From NCBI GenBank assembly GCA_051294375.1, contig CM119270.1, forward strand, positions 21,109,775-21,173,774: 64,000 bases of DNA, given 5' to 3'. Of the stretch, positions 1 through 12,513 are shown piece by piece (positions within the stretch are counted from its first letter, which is position 1; the number at the start of each line of letters is the position of its first letter). The position numbers and the translations under genes were made by a program. Source of the stretch: Paraspadella gotoi (Eukaryota; Animalia; Chaetognatha). The notes beneath the pieces were generated by a model. The model ran no database searches. It was not told the DNA's origin and was given only the letters and a program-made list of their open reading frames with translations.

Positions 1-608
1 TGTGCAAGTTGCAGTCACTTTATTACCAGTACAATTAACATGATTGCAACAACATGAAAAAATCCCCACTGAATTAAAAATTACACACTATTACAACATC
101 CCACACTTGATGAGTCGCGGATTTTTAGCAGTGGCGTCGATTGTCGTGGAAACGGACAATACGATCCTTCAGTCTGTCTGTCTGTTTATAAAACGAGACG
201 GAGCCAGACAATGTCCGTCTATTTTCTCTTCGTTTTCTGTCAAAGATCGAGACGTTGCTCGAGGCACCGACGCTGAAAGATGGCGCTGACGACCACGACG
301 ACGACGAAGACGATGACGAAGAAGAAGACGACGACGACAACGATGCTGACGACGACACCGACGACAAGGACGACAACGACGATGACTAAAAAGACGACGA
401 CGATGACGATGTACTGTAGACGAGGATGATGAAAACGACGACGACGACTTGAACGACTGTAAAGACGACGACGATGATGAGGACGAAGACGACGACGACG
501 ACGACGACCAGTCAGCGAAAGTCAAAATGATTTATTTCTCCAAGATTCTCATCACATTTTCACCCTCTGGCGACCGACCTCAAAAAGTCGTGGTTGTTGT
601 TGTTATTG

Positions 609-633
609 NNNNNNNNNNNNNNNNNNNNNNNNN
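609..633. other. Assembly gap, 25 N (others: 15184-15208, 25637-25661, 27860-27884, 43580-43604, 59526-59550; 10 N at 15312-15321)
   Basis: Counted directly. The mirrored arm at ~4085-4130 spans this gap with essentially no missing sequence. Confidence 0.98.
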
Positions 634-834
634 TCGTTGTCATTTTTTTTCGTATCACGGTGACCGTCACGTGACCGTCACGTGACCGACAATCGAATCT
701 CGGGCGAAAAAATTTGTTTTCTTTTTTTTTTTTTTTTTTTTTGGGCGAGGACTTTGAGAGTTTTGGCGGTTCTCTCTTTCTCTCTCTGTCTCTGTCTTTC
801 TCTCTCTCTAATTCACTCTCTCTCTTTCTATCTT

Positions 835-871
<37 letters not shown>

Positions 872-917
872 TCTTTCTCTCACTATTCTCCCTCTCTGTC
901 ACTCTCTCTCTCTTTCT

Positions 918-989
<72 letters not shown>

Positions 990-1155
990 TTCTTTCTTTT
1001 CTCTCACTATTTCTCCCTCTCTTTCACTCTCTCTCTCTCTCTCTTTCTTATATTCACTTCTTTGCAAACAAGAATTCCTGATATAAATTCGCGGACGATC
1101 TTTAATCCTTATTAAAGTTATTTTAATTTTAGAACAGAATTCTCAATCTCTCTCT

Positions 1156-1230
<75 letters not shown>

Positions 1231-1417
1231 TCTCACCCTAACCGCAGCCCTTTTCCCCCCGGGGATCTTACACCCCGTGCCTGGGGGGCAGCGGACCCGA
1301 CGCTAAGTTCTGCCCTTTCCTTTTTAAGTTACATCCTTTTCACGAAAGACAAAGTGGTCGTCACTCTTAACATCCGGGTGATAGCGCCAGCGGGTGGGTC
1401 AAATTTAGGGGGGGGTT

Positions 1418-1484
<67 letters not shown>

Positions 1485-1516
1485 AGAGACGATTTAGTCC
1501 AACTTGGATTGAATGA

Positions 1517-1816
1517 ATGCGTAATAAAGAGGAAGATTTACGATAAGATTCCTCTACCTCATGAAACTCTTTCTTTTTTTCTAAACTTTTTCTAATTTTA
1601 TCTAATTTTTTTTTTTATAAATTTAATCCCAAACTTTTCTGTCAATCTTAAAACACGTAACCCTCTATGCGTAATAAAGAGGAAGATTTACGAGTAAGAT
1701 TCCTCTACCTCATGAAACTCTTTCTTTTTTTCTTTAAACTTTTTCTAATTTTATCTAATTTTTTTTTTTTATAAATTTAATCCCAAAGCTTTTCTGTCAA
1801 TCTTAAACACGTAACC
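1517..1816 (+). repeat. ~150-bp tandem duplication
   Basis: atgcgtaataaagaggaagattta...aaacacgtaacc occurs twice in a row here but only once in the mirrored arm (~2970-3130). Confidence 0.9.
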
Positions 1817-3460
1817 TCAACGTTTAAAGGTTTATTGGTTTTTTTTATTTTAAAAGTTAACGTTCCTTTTTGTGCCAATTTTACAGTTGGATATATTTTT
1901 ATTTTACAGTTAGCGCTTTGACATATACGTAAAGAATCGGACTTTTGTCATCGCTTGAAAAAGTGTCACTCGGTACTTAAAAATTTTATTTGAAGAAATA
2001 AAATTAATTAAGTTTTAAGTTTTTTTTAGTTTTTACCTTAAGATGAAATAAAATAATTAATTTTCTTTGATCTTTTTTCACCTTTTACCATCTTTTCTAT
2101 TCTTTTCTTTTCTTTTCTTTTTTTTATTTCACATTTTATCTTCTTGCAGACTCAGCTTCCCTTTTTTCTTTTGAGCCCATAATTTGACAGATTTTACATC
2201 ATTTTCACGTAGTAACTGTCTCTCTCTCTCTCTGTCTCTGTCTCTCTCTCTCTCTAAGCGCTGCGGCGGCGGTTGGGCGGTGTGCGGCGGCGGCGGTGAT
2301 TGTAACCTTTTTATGGTTCGCGCCTCTGTAAACCATAAAGCAGATGGGTGATAGAGAGGAGAGAGAGAGAGAAAGAGAGAGAGAGAAGAGAGAGAGAGAG
2401 TGAGAGAGAAGAGAGAGAGAGAGAGAGAGGAAAGAAGAGTGAGCGAGAGTAGAGCGCAGACGAGAGAGATGAGAGAGACAGAGTTTACTACCGTGTGAAA
2501 TTGATGTAAAATCTGGTCCAAATTATGGGCCAGGTCAAGAAAAAAGGGAAGCTGACGGTCTGCAAAAAGATAAAAAATGTGAAAATAAAAAAAAAAAAGA
2601 AAAGTAAAAGAAAAAAAAGAGAAAGAAAAGATGAAGAAAGTAAAGAAAGAAGATGGTAAAAGGTGAAAAGATGCAAGAAAATTAATTATTTTATTTCATT
2701 CTTAAGGTAAAAACTAAAAAAAAACTTAAACCTTAATTAATTTTATTTCCTTCAACATAAATTATTTAAAGTTACCGGAGTGACACTTTTTCAAAGCCCC
2801 GATGACAAAAAGTAGCTCGATTCGTTTATCGCTATATTTTCAAAGCGACATAACTGTTAAAAAACAAAATATATCCAACTGCTAAAATTGGGGCCAGCAA
2901 AAGAGCGCTAGGGATAACGTGTAACCTTTTAAAATAAAAAAAAACCAAATTAAACCCTTTAAACGTTGAGGTTAGCGTGGTTTAAGATTGACAAGAAAAG
3001 GTTTGGGATTAAATTTATAAAAAAAAAAAAAAATTAGATAAATTAAAAGTTTAGAAAAAAGAAAGAATGTTCTTCGATGAGGCGTGTAGGAGAATGCTTA
3101 TTCGTGAAGTCTCTCTGTTTATTTACGCATTCATACAAATTCCAAGTTGACTAAAATCGTCTCTCTCTTCTCTCTTCTCTCTTCTCTCTCTCTCTCTCTC
3201 GTTCTCATCACTCCTCTCCTCTCTCTCTCTCTCTACTCTCGTGCTCATCTCGCTCCCTCTCGACGCCCTCCCCCTAAAATTGACACACGCTCCCACCCGG
3301 GCGTATCACCCGGATGTTAGAGATGTGACGACACTTTGTCTTTCGTCGAAAAGGATGAATTAAAAAGGAAAGGGCAGAACTAGCGTCGGGTATTCCGCTG
3401 GCCCCCCCAGGGCGGGGTGAAGATCCCGGGGGGAAAAGGGCTGCGGTTAGGGTGAGAGAG

Positions 3461-3537
<77 letters not shown>

Positions 3538-3827
3538 GAGAGAGAATTAGAATTTGTTCTAAAATTAAAATAACTTTAAAATAAGATTAAAGATCGTCGC
3601 GAAATTTATATCAGGAAATTCTTTTGCAAGAAAAGTGAAATATAAGAAGAGAGAGAGAGAGAGTGAAAGAGAGGGAGAAAATAGTGAGAGAAAGAAGAAA
3701 GAAAGAAAGAAAGAAGAGAGAGAAGAAAGAAAGAAAGAAAGAAAGAAAAGAAGAAAGAAAGGAAAGAAAAGAAGAGAGAGAGTGACAGAGAGGGAGAAAT
3801 AGTGAGAGAAAAAAGAAAGAAAGAAAC

Positions 3828-3875
<48 letters not shown>

Positions 3876-4349
3876 AAGAGAGGAGAGTGAAATTAGAGAG
3901 AGAGAAAGACAGAGACAGAGAGAGAAAAAGAGAAACCGCCCCCAAAACTCCTCAAAGTCTCAGACCGCAAAAAAAAAAAAAAAAAAAAAAAAAAGAAACA
4001 AATTTTTTCGCCGCGAGATTCGAGTTGTCGGTCACGTGACAGTCACGTGTCGGTCACGGGGGCGTGGACGGTGCACGTGATTACGGAAAAAGAATGAAAA
4101 CGACAATAAACAACCAACGAACGAGACCACGATTTTTGAGGTCGTCCAAGAGGGGGAAAATGTGATGAGAATCTTGGAGAACATAAGATCATTTTGATTT
4201 CGCTGACTGGTCCTCGATCCCCGTCGTCGTCGTCGTCGTCTTCGTCCTGCATCATCGTCGTTCGTCATTTACAGTCGATTCAAGTCGTCGTCAGTCGTTT
4301 TCACATCATACCTCGTCTAACCACAGTACATCGTCATCGTCGTCGTCTT

Positions 4350-7300
4350 TTTAGTCATTCGTCGTTGTCGGTCCTTGTTGTCGGTGTCGTCGTCAGAGCA
4401 TCGTTGTCGTCGTCGTCTTCTTCTTCGTCATCGTCTTCGTGCGTCGTCCGTGGTCACGTCAGCGCCAATCTTTCAGCGTCGGTGCCCCTCGAGCAACGTC
4501 TCGATCTTTGACAGAAAACGAAGAGAAGAATAGACCGGACCAATTTTCTGGCCTCCGTCTCGTTTTTATAAACAGACAGACCAGACTGAAGGATCGTATT
4601 GTCGCGTTTCCATGACAATCGACAGCCAACTGCTAACCAAATCCGCTGGACTCATACAAAGTTGTGGGATGTTGTAATCTTGTGTAAATTTTTATATTCA
4701 GTAGGGATTCTTTCATGTTGTTGCAATCATGTTAATTGTACTGGTAATAAGTACTGCCAACTTGCGCAGAAAATACTAGTAAATAAAAAGTAAAAGTAAG
4801 TATACTCATTGAGTATTACTAAAGTAACATGAAAACGTGTACTCTTGGCTAAGGATATTTTTTTTCCCCGATAATGTTAAATTCTAGGCGTTTTAAGAAT
4901 GGTAAATTGTTTTTGACGACGGGTTTTTAAAATTATCACCCAATGTAATAATTCTAGAATAAAATTTAAAAAAGAAAACTTATCTTTTTACACAACAATT
5001 TTAACTCGAATCGCGTCGACTGTTCCGAGTTACTTCCGACTTAAAATTAATAAATTAAATAATAATTTTTTTTGCCCCGAGCGATATTCCTTTCCTAGAT
5101 TTTTTTCGAATTTTCATTATGCCTTGGGTTGAGGCTATTTTAATTCAACTCTCTCCAAAAATCTACAGTTGTCTTTTTAATAACTAAATTTAAATGCTAA
5201 AAATCTTATAAATCTTTTAAAAATTCAGAACGGTATTACGTAATTTAAAAAACTAAACTATAAAAAAAAAAAAAAAAAAAAATACGAGTTTTCTCTCAAA
5301 TTAATGAGACAGGTTTTTTTTTTTTCACTTTAACTCAGACGATGACATCGAAACTTGATTTCCAGATTCATCACAGAATGTCGGATCTGGCCCACGATCA
5401 TTAGCGATATTAATTATTTAATTTTATTAATTCAAGTTAATTAATTAATTAGGCAGTTAATTATTTATTTAAATAATTTTGAATTAAATGACAACGATGA
5501 TGGCGATGACGACAATAATGCCCTGATAACGGTTGACTTCAATTGATTGATTGATGATTGATTGTTAAATAATTAATGAATTGATAAATAAATTGATTTG
5601 CTTAATAATTAATTTCATAGATAAATAAATTGATTTGATTGAATAATAAATTGATTGATTAATTGACTGATTAATTAATTATTTGCGGTTATTAATTGAT
5701 TATAATATTATATTATTATAGATATTATAAATTTCATAATCCTTGCATTTATAGTTTAATATAAAAGAAAAAAAAGCATAATTCAATTAGCGAAGCAGTT
5801 TTCTTTTTTTTTCATTTAAAGTCATTTCGGCACTCAAGACGATTGCATCAAAACTTTATTTCCGACTTATCACAGCAACTCCCTACCCACCCACGGGACA
5901 CGACGGACAGACGGACAGACCAGACAGACGGCGGACAGACGGACGACAGACGGACAGGACATATTATTATTTTTGCATAATTTATCATAAATTTCCGATG
6001 TTCTGACTTGATATAAGTGAATGCCAACATGAATGAAGGGGCGGCACCGACCGACCGCAAATGGATTAAGTAGAGTGGGATCTACCCCACAATAAGCCAA
6101 AAAAAAAAAAAGTAAAACCAAAATGAAAACAAATAGTTTAACTACTTACTAGTCGACTCGTTTATTGATTTCCCAAAAGCCGAATAAAACATTGAAAATA
6201 AGAATTTTAAAAAAAATTAACAGAATAAATAAACATTTAGCAGAATGGGAGATAGTGCTGACCTCTGCGGATTCGATCGATACATCTTTCTTTGGGCGTC
6301 AATCTCTCAGTACATCTTACGTTTTCGTCAACTAGTGCAGATGTCAGTGCATCTTCCGCGCCGACAACTATCGAGCCCGTGCAGCGCCGCGATATTTTTC
6401 TTCTCACGTCAGGTACGCAAACTTCTCTCTGCCTAGCCAGACGATCCCTTGGCCGCTAAAACGATGGGAATTGGACTCCGGTGCCAAGTTCTTCTCCCTT
6501 CGCGGCGCTCGGCACCTTGAGCGCCGTCAAATTGTCGCTATGGCCGCCCGCAGCCGTCGCCGTTATGCCGCTGGGCGACTACGGCCACCTTCGACTGGGC
6601 GCGGGACTTCTTCGTCGCCGTTCCGCTGATCATTGCGCCTGCAGCGCCGTGCGCCCGTCCCGGCGTCGTTTGATTTCTGCTGGGCGGCGGCGATGGCTGC
6701 TGGCGGGGATCGTCTGATAACGAGGCGAGGTTTATCTTTTGTGAGGGAAAACGACGACGCCAATCCACGCCTACGTTTCGCTCTCTTCGGCGGATTCGTT
6801 ACGATGGCGTCGCCTTATCTTTTTTGGCTTCTTTCCCCGCGTTATATGGTTATTATAAATTATAATAGAAATAAAAATTTAACGTTTTATAAATTTTGGC
6901 TACATTATGGCAACAGCCGGGTTGCCATCTGTGATGCCATTGGGATTGGGGCATCTACTGTTGGCTTCTGGGGGCTTCCGACCCTCAGTGACGCCTCCAG
7001 TCACTGGCGCGGTTACGCCTAGGACGGTCTCCGCTTTAACAAAACGCAGAGGGAAGTCGTTAGGATGTGGGATGGAACAGCTACGCCTGGATTGGTGTGT
7101 TTCCCTTGAAGCCATTGGATTTGGCTGACGGATTGGTGGAACGTGAGGCGGTGTGAATATACCGCCCATCAGTCATTAACTATTAGGATGGACCGGAGAG
7201 ACAAGATCAATAAAGTGAACGTTAAGTTTATATGAATTTTTTCTTAAAAAAACAAAGTCTTCACTTTAACTGAAATCCATGAACTATAGAACTTTAGTCG

Positions 7301-10300
7301 AAACAAAACAAACAAAGCAAACGTTTTTCTCCTTAACTCTTAATTTTAAGCAACGAAAAGAAAGTCCTTTACACAATAAATAAATATTTTAAAGAAAAAT
7401 GATATATACCGCATTTTTGGAAAATAAATAAGTCGCCAAAACTTTTTAAACCAACTTTTGACTTCTTTAAGTTAACTTAAAAATAATTAAAATCCGGAAA
7501 CAAATTATTGATATATTTGATAATCAAGTTTTAATGTATAAAAAATTTATTTGCAAGGAAATTTTTTTCATAATTCTATTTAGTTTTTATTAATTTACTC
7601 TGCTATTTCTAATCACACATTACTGTTAAAAGAGACCCACTTGAAAGCAGAAAAAAACTTTTTTACCCGCTAAATTATAAGCCTAGAAAAGTTTCTGAAA
7701 TTCGAAAAGGTTTCCGATGACTTATTAATTTTCCAAGAATGGTACATAACAAGAAATAATCATTTTAGGTCGCAACTTTCAATGCGTCAACCTCGTGAGC
7801 GGATTCGTCGTCCTCGCGTCAATCCTCGCCATCTGTTGGAGCGCCGAGATTCTCGGAGTCACCGATGGCGGCGTCACCTGATGATAGTGTTGGTATCGTC
7901 ACAACCGGCCGTTCATGTCAAAACGTCTATCGTACTCGCGCAACCAACTCGGCTGCGCAGAGTTGAGTCTACCGGCCGGGAACGCCGGTTTCACAACATA
8001 ACCGTCTTCAACGCCGGATGACCACACGGCGCTCATTCGCTGGAGAATACTTCGATGAGACTTTGAGCGAGGAAGAGACGTGGGCGGTCGTCGTTTCGTC
8101 GCCATCGTCGTCGTCGGGAGCTGTTTTTTAAATGGTGGAATAAAGAAGAGCGTAAGAGGATTAGGATTTCTTATTGTGTTATGTAGTAACTTAATGTGAA
8201 TATGTTAATGTAGGATTAATGTTAATGTTGATGTTAATTTTGTCGTTAATGTAGGATTTTAATTGTGTATAGTTAATGTTAATTCTGTTTAATTATTAAT
8301 TAAGAATAATTAACTAACTACATTTAATTAATTAATGTAGTTCAATTAACAAATACTTTGATTTGATCTAGATTTTAGCACTTTTACGGCAATTGTACTA
8401 CAATAATATAATTAGTAATAATAATAAATACAATTTGTTACCAAATAAAAAGTTGGAAACGTATTAATTCTTATTGAATTATTTTCTTTGGACTTTTGTT
8501 CTAAATATCACATTTTTCTTAAGTAATGGAAATTACCATTGATAAAATCACTAATTTTCAAAATAAATCACAAACTTTTTGTCATATCCTTTATTAAATT
8601 TTTTTTTACTGGTTTGTTTTTACTGCCCGATTGTCTATTTTATTATATTTTGAAAATATATTTATCCCTGGCTTCATGCAATTAACTGCACAAAATTTTC
8701 TCATCTTGCAAATATAGTAGTAACAAAATTAATTTATTCCTTTAAAATCGATGAATTTCTCCAGTTTGTTTATTGCCTGGGTGACTCGAATTGGTTGACT
8801 TAAAATAGGGAACGACGTATAAGTTAGTACTTAATTTCGATGTTTAAAATTTATGGATATTTAAGGTGACGTGCATGGAAAATCAAGTAAATCGAGTTTG
8901 TTACGTCATGAACGAGGACATTTTGGAACATCTGTGGTAACTGACGACGTGATTGTATCGAGATCCCGCCAGTCCGTGTATAATTATTAATTGGCCTTGT
9001 GGACCAATTAATTGGATTAATTGAAAATTCAATTTTAAGTGATAATACAAAATATTTTCTTTTTCCCTTTTCTAAATTTGGTTCTCATAATTTGGTTGAC
9101 TAATCTGATCCGTTTAAAATATCAAAAAGCCGAATGAATTAAACAAAGCTAGATTCATTCTTTATTCAGTTCATTAAATATTCAGAATACTTCGAGCTTC
9201 ATTTCCTCTTTAAAGATCAATAATTCAAAAGATGGGGCGAAGACTGAAAAGCTCAATAACTCCATTGGTCCGATTTCTTACGTGAGTTTCGATTGGAAAC
9301 GAGATTTATCTGACTTCGTCGTCGTCTTCGTCGTCGTCGTCGTCTTCGCCGTTATCATCTTCATTGTTTCGTCGTCAATTATCGTCCGTCCATCTTCATC
9401 GTCTTTGTTGTAATTTTCGTTGTGTGGTCATCGTCGTCGTTCGACTTTGGGCTTCATAGTCCGTGCATTGTCGTCGTTCGTCCGTCTGTAGTCGTTGTCA
9501 TTCTCTTAGTCTGTGCCGTCTTTCGTCGTCGTCATCGCACGTCGTCGTGTAGGCGTCGTTGTCGTCGTCGTCATTTTTGTCATCCTTTTTATGCGTTGTC
9601 GTCGTCATTGACCGCATTTGTCCGTTGTCATCCGTCTTTGTAGTCGTCATTGTACGACTTCCGTCTTCATCGGCAATTTGCGTCGTCGTCTTCATCGTCA
9701 TCGTTGTCTCTTTCGTCGTCATCGTCGTCTTTATATCGTCCTTTATCAGTCGTCGTCGTCTTTATTGTCGTCCCACTTTTTTGACGTATTCGGCTGATTT
9801 TTCGTTGACGAAACGATTTCCGGCCACAGAGGATTTCGCCGGCACGTAACGACCGAAGCCGGATGAAGAAGGGCGTCGTCCGTAGAGGATCTTCGGCGCC
9901 GGAAAAAAGGTCGGCCTTCATTAGTCATCACTTGGCGCCGGATCGCCGGTCGTCGTCAGTTTCCGTCGGGTGGTCGTCGTCGTCTGTCGTCGTCGTAATT
10001 GTGGGAGGCAAAAAATGTTCTATAGTTTCCGCGATGGCGCCATCTCCGGTCAGTGAATGATTCTACTGAGAGAATCTCATTATTTAATGTCGATTTATGC
10101 GATGGATTAATCGACGATTTTATTGGTTGGGTGTGTTGAGAAACTGACATTGGATTAAAAATGTACTCATTTAACATTTTTAAAAAACTTTTTCATTCCC
10201 GTTTATGAATGCATTATTTTTTTTTTTTTTGTTGCCAAAGTGGTTCAGAATCAGTTTTATAGGTTTCAGAGTAGGGTGTAGTCTAACTTCAGTGAGGTGG

Positions 10301-12190
10301 TTTAAGAAATTTAACTAAAGCACCTGTTCAAACGAAAAATTTAGATATTAAAGAAAATTTAATAGACAAAAGCATTTTTAATATTACTCTTTACCCCATA
10401 TATTAATCTTTTTGATATTTAATTATAAATAGGAAAGGCTAAAAACTTAAGGATTTTTAATTTTTAAAGATAAGATTCAGGTCAGTTTGCAAAAAGGTTG
10501 TCTACCCAAAGTATATTTTTTTTGATAATTTTTGATCATAAGGAGGTAAAAATATGAAAAACTGTTAATGGATCAAATCATCAAATTCATCATATCTTGA
10601 TAATTTATTATCAAAGTTTTCTTAATTTTTTAACGCAGAGAAAACAGAATAATTTTTGAAAGTTGTAGTTATATTTTTCATTAAAACTTTTATGCTCTAT
10701 TAGAATCCATCACAAAAAATGTTAAGAATTGATTTAAAAAAAATGTTATCATTATATTGTATATTGTAATTTTGATGAAGCAATAATAAAAGCATTAAAA
10801 TCGAACTTTTTTTTAAAAGAAAAATTATTTTTTAGCCTGAAAAGTAGACTTGAATACTAAAGTTTTGAACGGGAGAGGCGGACCGAGGAAGGAGCAGGGC
10901 GGTTAACCTGGAGACCCTTTTTCTAAATATAAACATTGTGGCCCCCCTATTGAATTAAATTTCATCATAGTAGTTTCGAGATTGCAAGTGAAGAGACGGT
11001 AATAATTGTTATGGGCGTTAGTGACGGAACAAAAAAAAATACGCAATTTTTTTCAAAACTATCTATTCCTTAAATCTTCTCTCGCTAATTGAATTTAATT
11101 AATATGAAATTGGTACAAACCCAATATAAAAATTATCCATTCATTTAATAATAAGCTATCTTGCCCACTGACCTTTGGGACAGGCTTTGTGTGGGTTTAA
11201 GGCCTCCATCATCTTTACAAGATAATGACATAGCAGGTTCCCCTGGCAAGGTTCAATCAAGACTCTCTCACAGTCCTCGTTTAATTCACTGCCCAGAGTT
11301 ACCTGGCTTCCCTATCAATGAAGTGGTATAAATATTTCAAAGAATGTTTCAATTTGTATGAAAAGACCACTGTCCCATTAATATATCATGTGTTTTTCGT
11401 TTACAACAATTAGTTGAAAACGTAACATTCAAAAGGGCCATACAGCATTAACAGAATAAACGCATATGTAAGTTTACAATTCATACAAAAATAATAAATA
11501 TTTAAAATTAACAGAACGAAAAAAGAAAGAAAAAAATCCACAATAAGCTGCGTGTGCGTTCATCCGTGTCCGTTCAATAGTGTGGGGAAATTGGAAATGT
11601 GAACGAGTGAATCATGAATGATCATGATGAAGAATAGCAACTAATGATTTTCAGTGTTAAAAGTATGAAAAAATAGTAATAACCTTACGCTTAAGTAATT
11701 AGATTATATGAATATGAACATGTAACAATATCCTTGGTTAAATAACGCATAATAATGGGTGATAGGTATATTATTATATAATGAGCGAAATAACTGTACT
11801 AATAACGACTTCTGACTTATGAACGAATGAATTTATGATTTTTGAATTTTTTTGAAGAAACGAATTCGCAATTTCTTCATTTTTCTTCGCAACATCCAAA
11901 AATTTCTATTTTTGGTAATTCAAGCCTAATCCAATGAAGACGTAAAAACGGCCCTGGGGCAGTGAAGTGGTTAACCTCTTCATCTCTTCTCTCTCTTCGC
12001 CGCGTCAAAGCGACAAACCAAACAAAGGGCCGACGACGAGTTTGTTTTTACAATCCAAAAACTCACGTGACCTGTGTCGGTCGACTTTGCTCTCATTTTG
12101 GTCGTGGACCGAAACCCCGAACCGCGAAACCGAAACCCGCGGGGGAACATTCGCTCTTCCTCCTTTCCCCGCTCTCCCAATTTCTTTAAA
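4350..12190 (-). CDS. Putative multi-exon gene, product unidentified, frames broken by indels
   Basis: GC-rich coding-like islands at ~11960-12190, 9770-10070, 7790-8120, 6250-6845 and 4350-4640, some with minus-strand AG acceptors. The cleaner mirror copy at ~130-390 (+) reads LFSLRFLSKIETLLEAPTLKDGADDHDDDED...stop. No continuous ORF can be built. Confidence 0.3.
5290..6095 (+). mobile_element. DINE-1/Helentron-like non-autonomous element, copy 1
   Basis: Homologous to 61786-62600, with a GACG/GACA microsatellite (~5897-5960) and a short hairpin plus aataa at the 3' end. Confidence 0.6.
6906..7200 (-). mobile_element. Structured SINE-like repeat, family B copy 1 (twister-bearing)
   Basis: Reverse complement aligns with ~60960-61234 (cgccagtgac...gtcac, ggtc..aagccc, agatgcc...ggcatcaca, 3' gccata). 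Serial hairpins keep their stems while loops differ. Confidence 0.7.
6954..7050 (-). ncRNA. Twister-like ribozyme, type P5 (family B)
   Basis: Minus strand reads GCGG-A-GA-CCGU-CCUAGG-CG-U^AA-CCGC-GC-CAGUGAC-uggaggc-GUCACUG-A-GGG-UCGG-AA-GC-CCC. P2 GCGG/CCGC, 7-bp P3, P4 GGG/CCC, T1 CCG/CGG, T2 GC/GC, P5 UCUGC/GUAGA. Predicted cut 7015^7014. One extra A sits before the conserved GA. Confidence 0.75.
11106..11349 (-). mobile_element. ~240-bp dispersed repeat, family A (twister-bearing)
   Basis: Reverse complement of the copies at 16694-16945 and 61500-61735. Confidence 0.85.
11157..11224 (-). ncRNA. Twister-like ribozyme, type P5 (family A)
   Basis: UAUCUUGU-AAA-GAU-GA-UGGA-GGCC-U-U^AA-ACCC-AC-ACAAAG-CCUG-UCCCA-AA-GGU-CAG-UGG-GCAAGAUA. 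Same core as 16817-16879 with homopolymer-type insertions. Confidence 0.65.
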
Positions 12191-12330
12191 AACGCGGTCT
12201 GTTTTAAGAGGATAGTTCATTTTCCATGGAAATTCAGTGTGGTAACTAGCAATCTTGACAGTTCCCCCCCCCCAGTAAATTTTTAAAAATAGGTTATTCA
12301 TTACAGTGAAGAACAGTAATTTATTGATAA

Positions 12331-12513
12331 GTTGTTAATCGACCGGAACCGTTCCAAGTATAAGCAGTCCCTGAGCTTCGGATCAGGCTGTAGCAACCGA
12401 GTTCACAGAGCGGGTTAAAACGCCCCGTCCCTCTAAAATGCTAGGCGACGCACGGGCTAGAACCCCGGACCTTTGGTTGGGAGGCGAATGACTTGCCTCC
12501 GGCAACAATGGCC
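12331..12513 (-). mobile_element. tRNA-derived SINE, family C, with twister body
   Basis: tRNA-like head with B-box-like GGTTCTAGCCC (12464-12454), followed directly by a twister fold and a short aacaac tail. Confidence 0.65.
12363..12442 (-). ncRNA. Twister-like ribozyme, type P5 (family C)
   Basis: AGCAUUUU-AGAGG-GA-CGGG-GCGUUU-U^AA-CCC-GC-U-CUGUG...UACAG-CCUGA-UCCG-AA-GC-UCAGG-GACUGCU. T1 CGGG/UCCG, T2 GC/GC, 5-bp P4 CCUGA/UCAGG, P3 CUGUG/UACAG, P5 AGCA/UGCU. Predicted cut 12417^12416. Confidence 0.8.

Larger units (their letters stand above)
1..4768. repeat. Large inverted duplication (fold-back): 1-~2255 mirrored by ~2353-4768
   Basis: Window start tgtgcaagttgcagtcactttattaccagtacaattaacatg is reverse-complemented at ~4725-4768. 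The match continues inward to the (CT)n/(GA)n tracts around a ~100-nt spacer. The right arm is indel-rich. Confidence 0.95.

Noticed and set aside
682-1115. ORFs rich in F/L/S or E/R/K (also 3565-4080, 40492-40872, 57908-58735, 54150-54600)
   Set aside because: They are translations of CT/GA, CTTT and GCTTTCTTTT simple repeats.
1234-1320. TAACCGC...GCGG hairpin resembling twister P2
   Set aside because: It lacks the T1'-AA-GC loop and pseudoknot complementarity.
2256-2352. Possible sequencing adapter at the fold-back centre
   Set aside because: It does not match the SMRTbell hairpin sequence as I recall it.
9300-9760. Poly-D/S/V/R ORFs from (GAC/GTC)n tracts (also 23.2-25.1 kb, 28-30 kb, 46 kb)
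   Set aside because: Degenerate trinucleotide tracts stay open in several frames and have no splice or motif support.
9770-12190. RhoGAP-like hints (GPLFGLSL, TNEG..FFR) in the broken minus-strand gene
   Set aside because: The motifs are short and in inconsistent frames, too little to name the product.
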